Assembly: GCA_963730605.1 (NCBI GenBank)
Contig: CAVSSM010000001.1
Location: 576,001 to 640,000 of the forward strand
Source: an uncultured Chlamydiae bacterium
GTDB lineage: Bacteria > Chlamydiota > Chlamydiia > Chlamydiales > SM23-39
DNA length: 64,000 nucleotides
Reading direction: 5' to 3'
In this document: positions 39,522 to 50,323 of the stretch, in pieces
Position numbering within the stretch: position 1 is the first letter of the stretch
Layout: each line of letters begins with the position of its first letter
Made by a program: the position numbers and the translations under genes
Notes under the pieces: model-generated
Database searches by the model: none
Told to the model about the DNA's origin: nothing
The model's input: the letters and a program-made list of their open reading frames with translations, nothing else

Positions 39522-41471
39522 TTATCCGACCGCCAAAATGGCCGAATGGGGGATCAGTTCCAAAGTAGCGGGGAGATCAGGGCCATTCGAGGGGTCTTTC
39601 AAATGATTTTCCCCCCAAGGGCGGTCTGTTCGAGCGGCTTCCTTCCATGAGCCGGGTGGCAAAGTCACCCAATGAGAGTTGAAATCAGCGTTGAAGGCGA
39701 AATAGACCGCTGGCTTTCCTTTAAGCGTACAAGCGACGAACCGGTTTTGCGGACCCCAATCGGCCTGAAAAGGCTGGACCCCGTGCCAATCGACATCCTT
39801 TTGGGTCAGAAAATGGTTTTGGTGAAGCTGGGGGTGCGCTTTCCGGAAGGCAATCACTGCCGCCGTAAAATCGAAGATCTCCCGATGCTTTTCCAATTCG
39901 TCCCAAAGAAACCAATTGGTCTCATTGTCCTGGACGTAGGGGTTATTGTTGCCTCTCCGAGTATGTCCGTATTCATCGCCCATGAGGAGCATGGGGATCC
40001 CTTGAGAAAGAAAAAGCGTAAGAAGGAAGTTGCGGATTTGTCTTGCCCTGAGCTCCACAATTTTTGGATCGTCAGTCGGCCCTTCGTGGCCGCAGTTCCA
40101 GCTCAGGTTTTGGTTTGAGCCGTCTTGTCCATTCTCGCCATTATCATTGTGCTTTTGATTGTAGGAAACAAGATCCCTCAGGCAAAACCCATCGTGGGCG
40201 GTGACGAAATTGATGCTCGAGAGCGGGGAGTGCTTCCGATAGAGAAATTCGCTGCCGGAGATTACATCCGCAAACTTTTCCGAAAAACCGTCGGTGCCCT
40301 TCAGGAAAGAGCGTGTATGGTCGCGGAATCTCCCGTTCCAATCGGACCAGGGGCCAAAATCGGGAAAAGCCCCTACTTGATAAAGGCCGGCAGCGTCCCA
40401 AGCTTCCGCAATCAGCTTCCGTTTACAAAGGAGCGGATCGGAGGCGATTTTTTGAAGCAGCGGAGGATTTTTCATGACTTGTCCATCGGTCCCCCGCGTC
40501 AAGATAGAAGCGAGGTCGAACCTAAATCCGTCGACTTGCATCTCGTCCGCCCAGAAACGCAAAGAGGAGAGGATCATTTCCTGCACGGCTGGATGATTCG
40601 CGTTCACGGTATTTTTGCAGCCCGTAAAATCTCTATAGTTTCCCAATTCGTCGACCATGTAGTAAACCGCGTTGTCAATCCCTCGGAAGTTGAACTTGTA
40701 GTCCTTGTCTCCCGCTTCTCCGGTATGATTGTAGACGACGTCGAGAATGACCTCGATCTTGTTGCGGTGCAGTTCGCGGACAAGAGTTTTGAATTCATGA
40801 ACCGGGTCTTTTTCCGCAGCATAGCGGCGCATCGGGGAAAAATAGAAAAGGGGATCGTAGCCCCAATAATTCACCTTGTCTTCGTGCTTGGGATTGCACC
40901 GGGTTTCATCGAATTCGAACATCGGCAATAATTCCACCGCATTGACGCCGAGAGCTAAGAGATAGGGGATTTTTTCAATCATCCCGAGATAGGTGCCGGG
41001 ATTCTTCGACCCGCTAGAGCCATGAAAGGTAAACCCTCGGACGTGCATCTCATAAATGACGAGATCCGATAGAGGGATCGAAGGAAGGTCTATTTTTTGC
41101 CAATCGAAGGGAGAAGCGGCCTTGCAAAGAGACCAGACCCCGCCGGTTCCCTCTCCCCATTTTAGGGAAGTTGCGGGATATCTCGAAAAAGGGTCCGCCA
41201 GCCAAATATCGGGATCGAAAAGGTTGCCGGGGTTTGGCGGGCCCTCGACGCGAAAGGCATATTCCGATCTTGCCGCCGCTCCACTCACGGCAGCATGCCA
41301 GACGTCTCCTGTCCGCTCTAGAGGGATTTCCTGTACCTTGCCGGCCGATCTTAACCCTAAGGCCACTTTTGAAGCATGGCTTGAGTAAATGGCGAAATTT
41401 GCAAGGCCTCCTTGGATCGAAAGACCCAACGGCTCTGGATTCCCGGGATAAACTAAAATTTTTTCTCGCAT
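39522..41471 (-). CDS. glgX: Glycogen debranching enzyme (isoamylase)
   Basis: IYEMHVRGFT, NYWGY, LDVVYNHT, DGFRFDLAS, AEAWD, TAHDGF and QGIPM motifs. Confidence 0.95.
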   Translation of the reverse strand: MREKILVYPGNPEPLGLSIQGGLANFAIYSSHASKVALGLRSAGKVQEIPLERTGDVWHAAVSGAAARSEYAFRVEGPPNPGNLFDPDIWLADPFSRYPATSLKWGEGTGGVWSLCKAASPFDWQKIDLPSIPLSDLVIYEMHVRGFTFHGSSGSKNPGTYLGMIEKIPYLLALGVNAVELLPMFEFDETRCNPKHEDKVNYWGYDPLFYFSPMRRYAAEKDPVHEFKTLVRELHRNKIEVILDVVYNHTGEAGDKDYKFNFRGIDNAVYYMVDELGNYRDFTGCKNTVNANHPAVQEMILSSLRFWADEMQVDGFRFDLASILTRGTDGQVMKNPPLLQKIASDPLLCKRKLIAEAWDAAGLYQVGAFPDFGPWSDWNGRFRDHTRSFLKGTDGFSEKFADVISGSEFLYRKHSPLSSINFVTAHDGFCLRDLVSYNQKHNDNGENGQDGSNQNLSWNCGHEGPTDDPKIVELRARQIRNFLLTLFLSQGIPMLLMGDEYGHTRRGNNNPYVQDNETNWFLWDELEKHREIFDFTAAVIAFRKAHPQLHQNHFLTQKDVDWHGVQPFQADWGPQNRFVACTLKGKPAVYFAFNADFNSHWVTLPPGSWKEAARTDRPWGENHLKDPSNGPDLPATLELIPHSAILAVG

Positions 41472-41657
41472 ATCCACTCAATAGAAATTTGCATTGAATT
41501 TTATTTTCATTTCAACTAAAATTGTACTAGGACAAAATTTAGTGGAATGATTTTTCGACTTTTTCCTTGCTTTGCAAGGGCGTCCGGATTATACAAGAAG
41601 CTTGCGTTTTACGAGTTGCTAGAGTTAAGATGCTAAAAACTTTTTAGGAGGGAACCA

Positions 41658-42173
41658 ATGTCTTATGAGAACGCCAAGGCCAACTTGAAGGAGTTCGGCA
41701 AAGAGCTCAATTTAGAAGGTCTTGATTTTGACGAGAATTTTACCTGTATTCTCGGGATCGACAACACTTTTTCGCTGCACATTACTTATGAGCGTAATTC
41801 GGACCGTCTCTATCTCTACTCGCCCATTCTCGACGGCCTTCCCAAAGATGATAGAACCAAACTGAAGCTGTATGAGAGGCTGCTCGAAGGCTCCATGCTC
41901 GGCGGCCAAATGGCTGGCGGCGGGGTAGGCATCGCGCTCAAGGAAGAGCTGATCCTGATGCATTGCGTCATCGACATGGGCCTTGGCGTCGATGCGGCAG
42001 CTCTCCGACGTTTTGCCCCTCTTTTTGTGGAAACGGTTGAAAAATGGCGCGAGATCGTAACGAAAATCATGAATGGCGAAGAGCCTGGCCCATTCCAATT
42101 CCCAGCGCCCCCGCAAGAGCAGCAAGCCTTTGGCGCGGGAGCCAAACCTGGCGAGCGGTACATCAAGATCTAA
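41658..42173 (+). CDS. slc1: T3S class I chaperone Slc1 (CT043-like)
   Basis: SDRLYLYSPILDGLP..LYERLLEGSMLGGQMAGGGVG; next to glgX as in Chlamydia. Confidence 0.9.
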   Translation: MSYENAKANLKEFGKELNLEGLDFDENFTCILGIDNTFSLHITYERNSDRLYLYSPILDGLPKDDRTKLKLYERLLEGSMLGGQMAGGGVGIALKEELILMHCVIDMGLGVDAAALRRFAPLFVETVEKWREIVTKIMNGEEPGPFQFPAPPQEQQAFGAGAKPGERYIKI

Positions 42174-42188
42174 TCGAGAGAACTCGTG

Positions 42189-42224
42189 AAAAGAAACGCA
42201 CTAAAAGTGCGTTTTCTTTTTTTT
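42189..42224. terminator. Bidirectional intrinsic terminator
   Basis: AAACGCACT-AAA-AGTGCGTTT stem flanked by A and T tracts, between convergent genes. Confidence 0.8.
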
Positions 42225-42230
42225 AGTAAA

Positions 42231-43490
42231 TTAAATTTTGAGGCTGGCCACAGCCTCGCAAAGTTCTGGTTTTTGTTTTTCAATCCCTTCTTGGATCTGC
42301 CGGACGCTCGCCATGACCGTCGAGTGATCGCGGCTGAAAATTTCCCCGATTTTTTGAAAGGGGAGCTTTAGTTTTTCACGGCAGATGTACATGGCGATTT
42401 GCCTGGGAACGGCAGCTTCCCTGGTTTGCGATTTGCCGAGAATATCGGCAGCTTGGATTTCGTAGCGCGCGGCGAGGTGTTTGACAATTTTTTCGGGGGT
42501 CCATGCTTGGAGAGCTTCCTTTTCCAAAAGGTCTTTCAGAAGGAGCGAGGCGTGGGTGGGTCCGATTTGGGAGACGTCTTTCGTCCGGATCGCAAGGGCT
42601 TGCAAGGCCATGAGTGGAGAGGTGGGGAATTTTTCCACGAGAAAGGAGATGAGAGAGGAGCCAAGCGTTAGTTTCCAAAGCTTTGCTTTTTTTTCCAAGA
42701 TGGGAGCCCAATCTTCTTTTTCGATGCCGACCGAGATCCCCCATTCAAAACGGCTGACAAGCCTGGGCTCGATTTCGACCAGTTTGCTGGGAGAGACCTC
42801 CGAGGCGAGGAAAATCGGGGATCCGCGCGTATGCAGCTCGTTGAAAGTGTGGAAAAATTCTTCCTGGGTGGCCGATTTCCTAGAGAACAAGTGGATATCG
42901 TCGACAAGGAGGGCATCGGCAGAGCGGTAAGAGGCTCTGACCTCTTGCATAGTCCCCTTCCGGATCGCTTGTACGACATGTTCGGTAAAAGTGGAGGCAT
43001 TGACATAGAAGGCGTTTATCTTTTTTTCCCTGAGAAGGGCAGTGGCGGCCATGAGTAGATGGGTTTTTCCCGAGCCTGCCATTCCATAGAGCAGCACCGG
43101 GTTGAAAGGGCATTTGGCCGCATCTGTGATGAGTTTATAGGCGATCTCGTTCGCTTTGCGCCGTATCAAAAAATGCTCCAGGGTCATTTCTGGATCGAGA
43201 GGGTCGGGAGCGACTTTAAAAAGAGTCGAAACGTCTTTGCAATTGGCTTTTTTTTCCGCATAAGGGGTTCTAAGGTTGAGCAAGATCCGGATAGGCCGCC
43301 CGTTGTTATTCACTAGCTTTTGGCATTGGGGGCGCACGTGTTCTTCAAACCAACTGACCTGGAAGGAATTTTCCGCTTCCAAATAGATATTTGCCGCATC
43401 GAAACGGAGGAGCTTGAGGGGGCGGACCCACTTTTCGACCGTTTTCTTTCCCAGCTCATTTTCGAGACGAGAGAGAATCAGATCCCACAT
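42231..43490 (-). CDS. dnaA: Chromosomal replication initiator DnaA (yidC-linked chlamydial copy)
   Basis: FNP..LYG..GSGKTHLL, TQEEFFHTFN, RLVSRFEWG and RQIAMY..RDHSTV motifs. Confidence 0.92.
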   Translation of the reverse strand: MWDLILSRLENELGKKTVEKWVRPLKLLRFDAANIYLEAENSFQVSWFEEHVRPQCQKLVNNNGRPIRILLNLRTPYAEKKANCKDVSTLFKVAPDPLDPEMTLEHFLIRRKANEIAYKLITDAAKCPFNPVLLYGMAGSGKTHLLMAATALLREKKINAFYVNASTFTEHVVQAIRKGTMQEVRASYRSADALLVDDIHLFSRKSATQEEFFHTFNELHTRGSPIFLASEVSPSKLVEIEPRLVSRFEWGISVGIEKEDWAPILEKKAKLWKLTLGSSLISFLVEKFPTSPLMALQALAIRTKDVSQIGPTHASLLLKDLLEKEALQAWTPEKIVKHLAARYEIQAADILGKSQTREAAVPRQIAMYICREKLKLPFQKIGEIFSRDHSTVMASVRQIQEGIEKQKPELCEAVASLKI

Positions 43491-43496
43491 TTCTTC

Positions 43497-45886
43497 TTAC
43501 TTCGCAATGACGGCAGTTTGTGATTTTGTCCTCTTCGTCATCCACCACTGTTGGGCGATCCCCAAAAGGGTTGAGAACATGAAATAGAGGTTCAATCCCG
43601 ATGGGAAGTTGTAGAACATGACGGTAAAGAGGATCGACATCATGTTCCCCATCATTTTTTGCTGTTTTTGCGAATCGGAGAGTTGGCTTGGGTCTTTGGG
43701 CGCTTTAGATGTGAGGCGCTGTTGGAAATACATCGTTAGGCCCATCAAAATCGGCAATAGATGGAATTCGTTTCCGATGAACCAAAGGGGCTCTCCCCAT
43801 GAAAAAAGAACATCGGGCGCGGCCAAGTCATCGATCCAGCCTGGGATAAAGGGGGCTCCGCGCAAAGGAAAGCTCGATTTCAATAAATAGAACATCCCGA
43901 TCAAAAAGGGCATTTGCAAAAGGACCGGCAAACAACCCATGAAGGGGTTGATTTTCGATTCTTTGTAGAGGTTCATCACTTCGAGCTGCGCCTTGCGGGG
44001 ATCTTTCTTGTACTTGTCTTGGAGCGCCTTTACTTTCGGCGCGATCTCCTGCATCTTGACTGAAGAACGGATCGACCAGGCATTGAGCGGATACATCATG
44101 GCCCTAAGGGCAATCGTCAAGAGGATGATCGAAAAGGCCCAAGAGTGGGTCGCCGCATAAAAAATCCGCATGAGGAGAAAGAGGAATTTCGCAAAAGGCT
44201 GTGAAATGAAGGAGAACCAACCCTGGATGCTCTGCGCTGAGGCATAGTCGGGATTGTAGTTTCGGGTGGGATCTTCATAGATTCCATCGAGCTCTTTCAA
44301 GAGGGCGTCGTCATAGGGACCGGCGAAAATACGTATTGGGAAATTCACGCCGCTTTTCAAAGGGAGATAGGTCGCGTAGCCCGGGTAGTTTTCCGGCGGA
44401 TAAAGCCGGTAGGCAGCGTCGATCAAGGAAAGGCGGGTCAGGATTTTAGCCCCCTCGAATTGTACGGCCTTATAGCCCCCCCTTTTTCTTTGGTCGGGTC
44501 GAGGATGATTCCAAGGTATCCATTGCAGTTGCTGATCCAGTTGGCAGCGGCGTAGCCAACTCTTGGACCTTTTTTGGGAAGGTCGATCGTTTCGACGTCA
44601 TTGCCCCCATGTACGGTCACTTGGTAGCGCAAAAGCGGGCTATAAGCCCCTCCCACGAGTTCCACGTCGGGAACTCCCGAGCCGATCATGAGACCCCGTG
44701 CATCTCCTTCGATTTGGAGATCGAGCTGAAGGCAATAGGGGCCGTTTCGTTCTTGAGGAATAAAGAACGTCTTTGTGATCTTCCTTTGTCCCGTCTGAGC
44801 TTGGAATTGGATCAGGTTGGGCTCAAAACGGGTGACCCGGTATAAAAGACGGGAAATCTCGGGATCGTCGCCGATGATATTCAGCGCATAAGCCTCGGAG
44901 GGAACCGAACTTTTTTCGGTGCTGTCCGCATTCAGGATCGGCCGGCGCAAAAGGGGATAGTATCCCCCGAGAGTCCCTTGAGTCTGGAGCGCCGAACTAG
45001 ATGGGATCCGGTAGGGATGAAGAGGGAACCTGGCATTTTGCGGCGACTCAGCGAGGATTTCTCTATCGATGCCGATCTCTCTGATGTAGCTTTTGGAATC
45101 TTTTGACAGTTTGAGAGGGAGGTTGATCTCCGCCAAGCTGCCGCCTTTGGTGGAAAAGACGAGCTGCTGATAGGTGTTTTCCAATACGTAAAATTCTTCA
45201 TTTCCCGTTAAGGGGGAAAGTTCGATCGGCCTCCCTTGTTCCACGAGATTCTGCAGCCACGGGAATTCGCGAAGCTCTTTGATCCGTTTCGCTCCTGGCT
45301 CGTAAATGCCGACGGGAAGATAGACGCTCCCGACACGCATGAAGGCGATAGCCTGCTCCTCGAGATATTGAAAGGGGACGGAAAGCTCTCCCTTTTTCTC
45401 TTGGCAGAAGACGATTCGGGAGGGGTCTTGATTTAAAGGGACGAGCTGGAGGTCGACCGTGCCTTCTTGGGGAATGGAAGGAACCGTGAAGGGGGTTTTG
45501 TTTTTGCTGTACAAGGCGGGCAAGCCTGCCGAGGCGGAAGCGGTCAGTTGCAGAGATTCAAATGATTTCCCTTGAGAGACGTACGTTTTTTCAGGCAAGG
45601 GCTTTTGCCAACCATTCACCAAATAATGTCCACCCAATACAGCGGCCTCGCCTAGTTTCTGGGTGAGAGCTGTGTCGGCAAAGAGGGGTGCAAGAGGGAT
45701 TTCCCCGGGCTTGGCAGTGCGGGCTACGACTTCCGCAGCCCATTCCTTATCGCCGAGAGCCTGCTGCTCCTTAACCTTTTTTTGATGGGCGAGCCTCTCT
45801 TTATCCTGGGACATGCTGAACCAGGTATGGACGCCGAAAAAAGCAAGGCTTACGCACAAAAGAAAGAGAAGAGATCGTTTATCCAT
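43497..45886 (-). CDS. yidC: Membrane protein insertase YidC, one frameshift at a C7 run near 44476-44482
   Basis: N-terminal MDKRS + TM helix, VLENTYQQLVFSTKGG, and C-terminal INPFMGCLP, WIDDL..PD and PSGLNLY. Confidence 0.92.
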
Positions 45887-45988
45887 GGAAGGGCTCAGGG
45901 CTCTCTGGTTTGTCCTGAATTAGCATATCAGAGATAGCGCTAGCAGAGCAACCTTATTAAAAAAATATGAAAAATGATGATATCACTT

Positions 45989-46642
45989 TAGACCGCTGGG
46001 GCTTCGCGCCTACTGCTTTCCTTGAAAAAGAGCGCACCCCCGCTCTTTTTCAAGTGTCCGCAGCCCCGCGGGGCTGACTACGGCTGTGGAGATCGTTCGC
46101 GCCTTTGGCGCTCAACTACCTCCATTCCCCTAAGTCGATGCGACTTTGGGGGCCCCTTGGGGCGCGCGTCCTCGGGCTCGTGCGTACATTCGTACTGCCA
46201 CTTCGCCCTGCGGTGCGATTCTCCTTTGCCGCGCGCAGCCATCGGCTGCAACGGCGCGCTCCCACCCCAAAATGTCCCATTTTGGGGCCCCATTCCGCGT
46301 CGCGTTGCAGTGCTTAGCTTGATCACAAATTTATTTATATTCAATCCTCTCCAGTCTCACGTTCTGAATGCGTCTCCCCACCTCCAAAAGGTCCGGGAAT
46401 GGCCTTGATCTTATGAGCCGAAGCATCTCCTGGGTTGCTAATGAGCGGATAATTTTCCTGATCGGGATGATCAGGTTGTGAATAGAAAAACCCAATATCA
46501 CTGTTTACAAAGAGAGTAGCAGTTAGTGGACTGTTTGCAATTCAGGAGTCCTTAGCTGGGAAATTCTTCTGGCCTTCTCTTTAAGCGGTCATTCAAGCAA
46601 CTTTTTCAAGGAAAGCAGTGGGCGCGAAGCCCCAGCGGTCTA
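45989..46642. mobile_element. 654-bp non-coding element with 42-bp terminal inverted repeats
   Basis: TAGACCGCTGGGGCTTCGCGCC(T/C)ACTGCTTTCCTTGAAAAAG at both ends (41/42 match); no transposase. Confidence 0.8.
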
Positions 46643-46675
46643 TGTAGTGAAATTACATGCTAATTTAATTTGCTT

Positions 46676-48748
46676 TTATTCTTCGCGGGTTTGGTGGAGC
46701 TTGGCTTCCAGAGCGGAAAAAAATTGGGTGAATTCGGTAGTTCCGCGGAGGTTGTCGAGCCATTCATCTTCGGCCATCTCATCCAGTGTGGGCAGCGATC
46801 TCGCGGAGAGCGCTTTTTTGATGAAGGTCATCGCCTCAGCAGTCCGGTCCAGGATCGAATAGACGCAGGCGAAATTGTAATAGGCATAAGGGTTGCCAAG
46901 TTGCCCCGCCCGGCTGATTTTTTGTTCAGCATCCCAATAGAGCTGGTTTCGGAAATCGGGATCGTCCGTTTGGCCCGCAAGATAGATGAGGCAAGTTCCC
47001 CAATCGAGCCAAATTTGGTCGTTTTCCTCGTCTTGCCGAGCGGCGAGCCGGAAAAATTGGATGGCTTTCTTATAATGGTCCGCTTCCAATGTGATGTGGC
47101 CCCGTTCGAGATAGCAAACGGCCAAGTGGCGATGGATATGGAGAAAATCGGGATGGATCAGTAAGACATGGGAGAAAATTTCGATTGCGCGGGCATAGTG
47201 GGCTTCATCGCCGCTGAAATCCCCGAGCCATTCGAGGGCGGAAGCATACTCGAAGAGCCATTCGGGATGGTGGAGGATCGATTGTTTATGTCCTTGCACG
47301 AGAGATTCGAAATGGAGGATTGCATCTTCCAACGCAGGAAGATTGTCGGCCATGCGGCTGTAAAGAAGTGACGTGCGGGCCGACTCGAAGAGGAGCGCCG
47401 GATAGGAGGGCTTCAGGTCGGATGCGCGGGCAAAAAAGCGGCCGGCTCGCTCGAGGAGCTCTGGGCAGTCGAGGAGATCGGCCAGTGCGCTATGGGCTGA
47501 GCCGAGCGCATGCCAATGTTCGGCGGAGGTCCGGTCGATCGAAAGGCCCCATTGGAGCTTTTCGATGGCCATCTCATAGTATTCCGGATCCTCATAATAG
47601 CGGCCGAAAGCGTTCAGGCAGATTCCGTAGCTCAGCCAGAGATCGGGATCATCGGGGTAGAGGTCGGTGGCTTTGAGAATCTTATTTTCCGCTTCGATGA
47701 GAAGATCGAGGCGCGAAGTGAGGGCGCCGAGGTGGGACAGCGACTCGACCCACTGTGCTGTGATCAGAGGGTCTTTGAGGTCGATCGTCGCGGCGCGCGC
47801 GCACTTTTCACAGCTCGCGCGGAGAAGTTTGGGATCTTCAGTGAGGCGTCCCGATTCGGAGAGAATTTGGGCCCAGCTCAGCCAAAGGTCGGCGTCGGGA
47901 GAGGAAATCTTAATGGCGTTCGAATAGGCATCCGATGCTTTGATGACATACCGTTCATCCATCGTGTTGAGATAAAGCTGGGAATAACATTCCGCAAGCG
48001 TTGCCCATCCGTCTACGTAATGAGGGCCCGCCTGGACGGCGCGCTGGAGATGGACGATCGCTTGCATGTAGTGGCGCGAATCATTGATGAGAAGACCCAT
48101 CTCCAAATAAGCCTTTCCGAAGTCGTTAAAAAATTCAGGAGGGCCTCCTTCAAGGAGCTCCGCTGCCTTTTGAAAAGATTCGATCGCGAGTCTCAAATCG
48201 AGGGCCTCGCCTGACGATTTGGCGATTTCGGACCAGACAATCCCAAAATCCCAGTAGAGTTCGGCGAGGATTTCTTTCGGCTGGGCGGCTGAAAGTTCGA
48301 GGGCCTTTTGATACTTTTCTTTCGCTTCCGCTAAGAAATGGTATTCGGCATGGAACCGGCCGAGCTGGAGCAACGTATTGCCCCAAGCGACATAGGCATC
48401 GAAATAGGCGGGATCGATTTGAACGGCGAACTTAAAATGTTTCGCGGCCAAAAGCAGAGCTTTTTCTTTCCCTTCTTCCGATCCGTATTCGAAAAATGCA
48501 AGGCCTTGCCGATACCAGATCCGGGGATTTTGGGGATCGATCTGGGATGCCGCTTCAAAAAACGAGAGCGCATTGAGATTGGCTTGCAAAAGAGCCAATT
48601 CCCCTTGCGCAAGATAGCGAAGGGCCCATTCGTGCCTTTGCGGGGCAGGGATCGCGTCCCACTCTTGCTTCGGCTCCGATTGGGAAGAATACCTTCGAGG
48701 GAAGAATCGAGCAAAAATCCGGCGGAGAGGGTGCGTCTGAAGCGTCAT
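46676..48748 (-). CDS. TPR-repeat protein
   Basis: Many TPR motifs and a C-terminal AYYNFACVYS..W...LR motif. Confidence 0.85.
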   Translation of the reverse strand: MTLQTHPLRRIFARFFPRRYSSQSEPKQEWDAIPAPQRHEWALRYLAQGELALLQANLNALSFFEAASQIDPQNPRIWYRQGLAFFEYGSEEGKEKALLLAAKHFKFAVQIDPAYFDAYVAWGNTLLQLGRFHAEYHFLAEAKEKYQKALELSAAQPKEILAELYWDFGIVWSEIAKSSGEALDLRLAIESFQKAAELLEGGPPEFFNDFGKAYLEMGLLINDSRHYMQAIVHLQRAVQAGPHYVDGWATLAECYSQLYLNTMDERYVIKASDAYSNAIKISSPDADLWLSWAQILSESGRLTEDPKLLRASCEKCARAATIDLKDPLITAQWVESLSHLGALTSRLDLLIEAENKILKATDLYPDDPDLWLSYGICLNAFGRYYEDPEYYEMAIEKLQWGLSIDRTSAEHWHALGSAHSALADLLDCPELLERAGRFFARASDLKPSYPALLFESARTSLLYSRMADNLPALEDAILHFESLVQGHKQSILHHPEWLFEYASALEWLGDFSGDEAHYARAIEIFSHVLLIHPDFLHIHRHLAVCYLERGHITLEADHYKKAIQFFRLAARQDEENDQIWLDWGTCLIYLAGQTDDPDFRNQLYWDAEQKISRAGQLGNPYAYYNFACVYSILDRTAEAMTFIKKALSARSLPTLDEMAEDEWLDNLRGTTEFTQFFSALEAKLHQTREE

Positions 48749-48858
48749 GAAACCATCGCAATGAAGGAGCGGATTATAGATAAGCCCTTTTTTTTTGCCC
48801 AGAGGCGGTTCTATCTTATTGATGTTGAGAGATTAATGGAAATAAAAATTCCAGTTAA

Positions 48859-50322
48859 TTAAATATTTTTGCTCACAATTTCAGCGATTGCTTTGCGGTT
48901 GATTTTGTGGCCATTTTTGGGCAATTCATCATTGATGAAGAGAAAGCGGATAGGGATTTTGAACTTCGGAAGATGCTCGAGAAGGGCGCTTTTCAGGTAG
49001 GCGGGGTCTTTAGCTCGGGTGGACGCCACGAGGACCGCGAGCGGACGCTTGCCGAATTCAGGGTCGTCAACGGGGACCACCGCAGCTTCGAAAACATCCG
49101 GCAGTAAGAGGAGCTGCTGTTCGATCTCTTCGGGCTGGATATTTTCTCCCCCCGAGATGAACTGCCAGTCAATTCTACCCAAAACGGTCAGCCCGTCGTC
49201 TGACATCCGTCCAAGGTCCCCGGTCGCAAACCAGCTATCTTGATCAAACGGCTTTGAGATTCGCCCCTCTTCCCAGTAGCCCTCAAAGAGGCACTTTCCC
49301 CGCACGAGGATCTCGCCGATCTTCCCCTTCCCCAAAGACGATGCGTCTTTGGGGGCCCCTGTGGGGGAAAGGCGAAGTTCCCGTTCGGGAAGAGGAAAGC
49401 CCAAGGGGACCCCGAAGTCGCATCGACTTTGGGGTTGGGGAAAAAAAGATTTAGCGCCTACAGTGACAAGCGATCCCATTTCAGTCAGACCGTAGGACAG
49501 ATAGCAGGGAAGATGTTCAGGAAAAGAAGAGATGGGGGCGCCGCCGATCAGCAGGCACCGAAGATTTTTGTAGACGGGCGATTTCCGGTAAAGCTGGGCC
49601 GGCACGGCTGAAATGTGGGTGATTTCGGGGTCTTTCTCATCGAGGACAACAGTGGCAAGCGCTAAAGTAGAGCGTATAAGGATGCCGATCCCGCCTACAT
49701 GGTAAAGGGGGAGGTTGAGAAGCCAACGGTCCCCGATCCGTAACCCAAGCCATTTGGCAAGAGGCGCGGCGTTCGAGAGGAGATTAGAGAGCGATAGAAC
49801 GGCAATTTTTGGGAGAGCGGTCGAGCCCGAGGTGAAGAGGAGCGCCGCCGGGAAGGAAAGGGGAGGGTAGCGGTTCATGCGGAGGCGCGGGGAAAGGGGG
49901 GAAAAAGGGAGAAAAGAAAGGGGCCCCCGAAGTCGCATCGACTTTGGGGAAAAAAGGGGCCCCCAATGACGCATCGACTTTGGGGAAAAAAGGGGCCCCC
50001 AATGACGCATCGACTTTGGGGAAAAAGAGTCGATGAAGCAACGGGCGTCGAGGCGAGCGAGCAGGGTTTCGATTTGGGAAGCGGGAAGACGAAGCGATAG
50101 TGGGCAGATCGACGCTCCGATGCGCCAAGCGGCAAAAAATAGGGCTGCCGTTTCGCAAGTTGGGCGGTGCAAAAAAGCGATCCGGTCGCCCGGGCCGATG
50201 CCCGAGGCCTCGAGCGCCCGCGCCATCTTGTCCGCAAGCTCGTCAAGCTCTTGAAAGGTCGTCTTGTCAAAGGCGGGCAGTCGGGGAGCGAGTCTCGCGG
50301 CTTCTTTTAACGGACAGGGCAT
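48859..50322 (-). CDS. menE: O-succinylbenzoate-CoA ligase with in-frame hairpin insertions
   Basis: FTSGSTALPK, LPLYHVGG, SYGLTE, TGDLG, GRID..FISGGENI.PEEIE and FG.RP motifs. Confidence 0.92.
   Translation of the reverse strand: MPCPLKEAARLAPRLPAFDKTTFQELDELADKMARALEASGIGPGDRIAFLHRPTCETAALFFAAWRIGASICPLSLRLPASQIETLLARLDARCFIDSFSPKSMRHWGPLFSPKSMRHWGPLFSPKSMRLRGPLSFLPFSPLSPRLRMNRYPPLSFPAALLFTSGSTALPKIAVLSLSNLLSNAAPLAKWLGLRIGDRWLLNLPLYHVGGIGILIRSTLALATVVLDEKDPEITHISAVPAQLYRKSPVYKNLRCLLIGGAPISSFPEHLPCYLSYGLTEMGSLVTVGAKSFFPQPQSRCDFGVPLGFPLPERELRLSPTGAPKDASSLGKGKIGEILVRGKCLFEGYWEEGRISKPFDQDSWFATGDLGRMSDDGLTVLGRIDWQFISGGENIQPEEIEQQLLLLPDVFEAAVVPVDDPEFGKRPLAVLVASTRAKDPAYLKSALLEHLPKFKIPIRFLFINDELPKNGHKINRKAIAEIVSKNI
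49330..49434. repeat. Two oppositely oriented 30-bp hairpin elements in menE (49330-49359, 49405-49434)
   Basis: CCCCAAAGACG-ATG-CGTCTTTGGGG-GCCCC and a reverse-oriented variant. Confidence 0.9.
49920..50021 (-). repeat. Three tandem 30-bp hairpin elements (36-bp period) in menE
   Basis: Encodes FSPKSMRHWGPL twice, then FSPKSMRLRGPL. Confidence 0.92.
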
Positions 50323-50323
50323 A

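Noticed and set aside
42174..46000. Replication origin near dnaA
   Set aside because: No cluster of DnaA boxes (TTATCCACA) is visible in the flanking intergenic DNA.
49920..50021. 36-bp-period palindromic repeats as a mini-CRISPR
   Set aside because: The spacers are identical A6 runs and the array lies inside the menE reading frame.
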